The notes under the pieces: generated by a model | Seen by the model: only the letters and a program-made list of their open reading frames with translations | Told to the model about the DNA's origin: nothing | Database searches by the model: none | From: Gekko japonicus | Taxonomy: Eukaryota | Reading direction: 5' to 3' | Length of the DNA: 64,000 nt | Assembly: GCF_001447785.1 (NCBI RefSeq) | Contig: NW_015164189.1 | Location: forward strand, 1,022,332 to 1,086,331 | Made by a program: the position numbers and the translations under genes | Shown here: positions 61,408-64,000 of the stretch, in pieces | Numbering within the stretch: position 1 is the first letter of the stretch | Layout: each line of letters starts with the position of its first letter

Positions 61408-63143
61408 GTGGGGTACAGGTGAAGAGAAGGGTAGAATGTGGGGAGGATCAAATCTTAAGGTGAAATGCTGACTCTACCTTTGGTGGAAAAGAACCGTCTG
61501 ACCTAAGGACTAACTTATTCTGATGAAAATGAATAAACTGAGTGCCTGATCACAGGGCTGCGAGTTCATATTTCCTTTTAGCAGAGTATAGAATTTAGTA
61601 GAACTGCATCTTTAAAACATATTAGACAGATTACAGGTGGCCACAAATTGTGTGAGTGTATGAGTGTCCCATGGTTGATTGGACTGGAAAACAGAGCCAA
61701 AGAAGGCCTTAGAAGAACTATATCAGTCTTGGTTGAGACCTGAGGGCCAGTAAGTCCTTAGTCTCTTGTCTTCCACAGACTGCTAGTGGAATTATTGAGA
61801 CATCCCAAGAAAAAATAAATAAATAAAAGGAGTAAAATTTATTTTAAAAATTGTCCTTTCAAGTGTATCTATCCCGGTGGTACTCACTCCATGGGTCATG
61901 GTTAATTAAATTTGTAATTACCATCAACTAGAGATGTAAAATTTCTGGAAATTTTGAAGCCACAGGGAGGGGGAAATTTTGGGAAAAAATGAATTATATG
62001 CAATACTTACTGTCCTGTCAGACCTAAATTAACTTTTTACTGCTTTATCAACATAGAACACATCATTTATAATTTATTTAGCATATAAAATTGCAATAGT
62101 TGCCATATTTATGGAATGTAAAAGTTATAAATACCTTAGTTTCTACAAGCAAAACTGCTAATATACCAAGTACTTGAGAGAAAACTGCAAGCTGATGCAC
62201 CCTGTGCTATATTAGCACATGTACCTTCATTTTTGCTATCTGGTTAGAGAGAGCTCAGTTCTCAATGAAATGTTCAGAGTTTTCCTCTGAGGATTTGGTG
62301 CAGTTTCTGCCCTCTGATCTCTTGCCCCGCCCAGCAAGGCAGGGCAATATGCGATTTGTTACCCAGTGTGTGGCTATATGTCTCACAATGATTAGAGGGA
62401 GAAATAAAAGGTCAATTACAAGTCAGTGCAAAAGAACCAAAATGTCTCCTCCCCCCCTGATTTGTTTTCCCCTGGGCCTTCACATCAACCCAAAGAACCA
62501 CCGACTGACTACAAGTCCCATCAGGCAATGGCCTTCCCACTTCCCTGAATCATTGGTTGGGTGCCATAATGGGGATAAGTGCTCAGAAAGAGCCAGAACT
62601 GGCATGTCAGAGAATCACATGTAGCTCCTGAGCCACTGAGTTTCGTATCACTGATCTAGCCTATTTCGGTTTTGTGTCCTTTTTTGGCACTCTGGGCGGC
62701 TGCACTGTAATTTCCTTCATCATCTTCTCCTATTGACATAGTTGTTACAATCAATACATCAGACTTGCCTGTATGTAAAGTTAGAATCTGACTGATCCAT
62801 GAAATGGTTTTCTGTGTGTATCTCTTTACTGAAGGTGGTATCATGAATGATAAACTGATTCTATTAGGGGGGAAAATCTAAATAAAAAAAAATGAGAATG
62901 TGGCATTAATTCTTAGTAAACGTTTGTTCCAGTAAATTAATGCTTGAAATTTTTACTGAATGTGTTTTATTCCTTTTTTCAGTTCTGTAGATTTTCTGAG
63001 ACCTGCTTTTTCCCAGTGTGAACTTTGATGATACTAAATTCATTATCTTCAGAGGAACTGTTGTTGCACTTTTGCAGACCAGAGGTCTTCAGTGCTTTTC
63101 AACTGAATTTATTAATGCCAGGTTTGTTTGGTTTTTTTTGTAG

Positions 63144-63318
63144 TTCCAGAACTGGTACAAAAGCCACATGAAGGCCCAGGAGAAATGGGGAAACCTGTTG
63201 TCATTCCTAAAGAGGACCAAGAAAAAATGAAGGATATGTTTAAAATAAATCAGTTTAATTTAATGGCAAGTGAAATGATTGCACTCAACAGATCCTTACC
63301 TGATGTCAGATTGGAAGG
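63144..63318 (+). CDS. GALNT1: GALNT1 second coding exon (stem region)
   Basis: TTTTTTTGTAG acceptor; 175 nt; GTAAG donor at 63319. Joined in phase 1 to the previous exon it reads [59 protein letters not shown], matching GALNT1. Confidence 0.97.
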
Positions 63319-63735
63319 GTAAGTGCATTTACTGTGATTTTGAAAATGTGCTTAGTTTTTAAATGAATATTGCTTGAATTATCATGCATATCAGTGCTCC
63401 ATCTGTTGACATGGAATATGCAAGGTACACCTTTCAGGTGTTGAAGCATTCTGTACTTTATTGGTTGTTAATCTGTGTTAAATGCGCTTTTAATGTGTCA
63501 TTTAACACTGGAATTTAGATATTGAGTTTTCAAACAAACTGAATTGTTTTGGATTTTTGGCCTCATGTTTGGCTTCATGGACCATTATAAAAGATTAGGC
63601 ATATGTTTTCTTACCTCTTTGCTGTGTAAATACTGTTAAAACAGGAATATTTAATTGACTATTTATGAAGCAGCAGCTTAATTTGTATCCTGCCCTTTTT
63701 TAGTGAGTTCAATATGTAAGATTCCCCATTTTCTG

Positions 63736-64000
63736 TTCTCTCTCTCACTTGGAGGACATCTTGGTGAGTGATTCCCACCCTCCTATCAGGGAGGTAGGAG
63801 CATCTTCTCCCTTCCTGTCTCCTTGGTGGGAGCCACCCATTCCCTCAGTTCTTTTCCTGCCTCTACAGGGCGAGCAGCATAGAATAGTCTGTGCCTAATC
63901 TATTCGTCCTATTTTCATTCCTTTGCCTTTTTTCTAACACCAATTCTTAACTCCTTTTCTCTCAATTCATTCTGACTTCTCTATTCTCCTCTGTCTCAAG
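63736..64000 (+). mobile_element. 5' ITR of a fourth DIRS-family element, running off the window
   Basis: TTCTCTCTC...GGAGGACATCTT...TCCCACC...AGGGAGGTAGGA...CAGTTCTTTT, paralleling the ITRs at 47185-47285 and 58547-58730. Confidence 0.65.

Noticed and set aside
63128-63143. ORF-track N-terminus MVFFV before the GALNT1 exon
   Set aside because: It is the polypyrimidine tract and acceptor, not coding sequence.

Overview
Vertebrate genomic DNA, almost certainly a squamate reptile and probably a gecko (inferred from the repeat content: L2, CR1, Penelope, DIRS, Squam-type and 5S-Sauria-type SINEs). The window holds the 5' part of GALNT1 on the + strand: a CpG-island promoter around 7.0-8.2 kb (partly in an N gap), the first coding exon (41164-41302, [10 protein letters not shown]...) and the next exon (63144-63318). 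The rest is intron or upstream DNA packed with mobile elements, often nested. These include a near full-length L1 with a solo LTR in its 3' UTR, and a Penelope element interrupted by a young, internally deleted Tf1/sushi-like LTR retrotransposon whose PBS matches its own LTR over 21 nt (self-priming). There are also two ORF1-only 'half-L1' elements, one with an intact 318-aa ORF. A DIRS tyrosine-recombinase retrotransposon keeps its ITR/ICR architecture and carries a second DIRS and a half-L1 inside it, and two more DIRS copies follow. MITEs and SINEs are scattered throughout. All family assignments come from motif recognition, not database searches.
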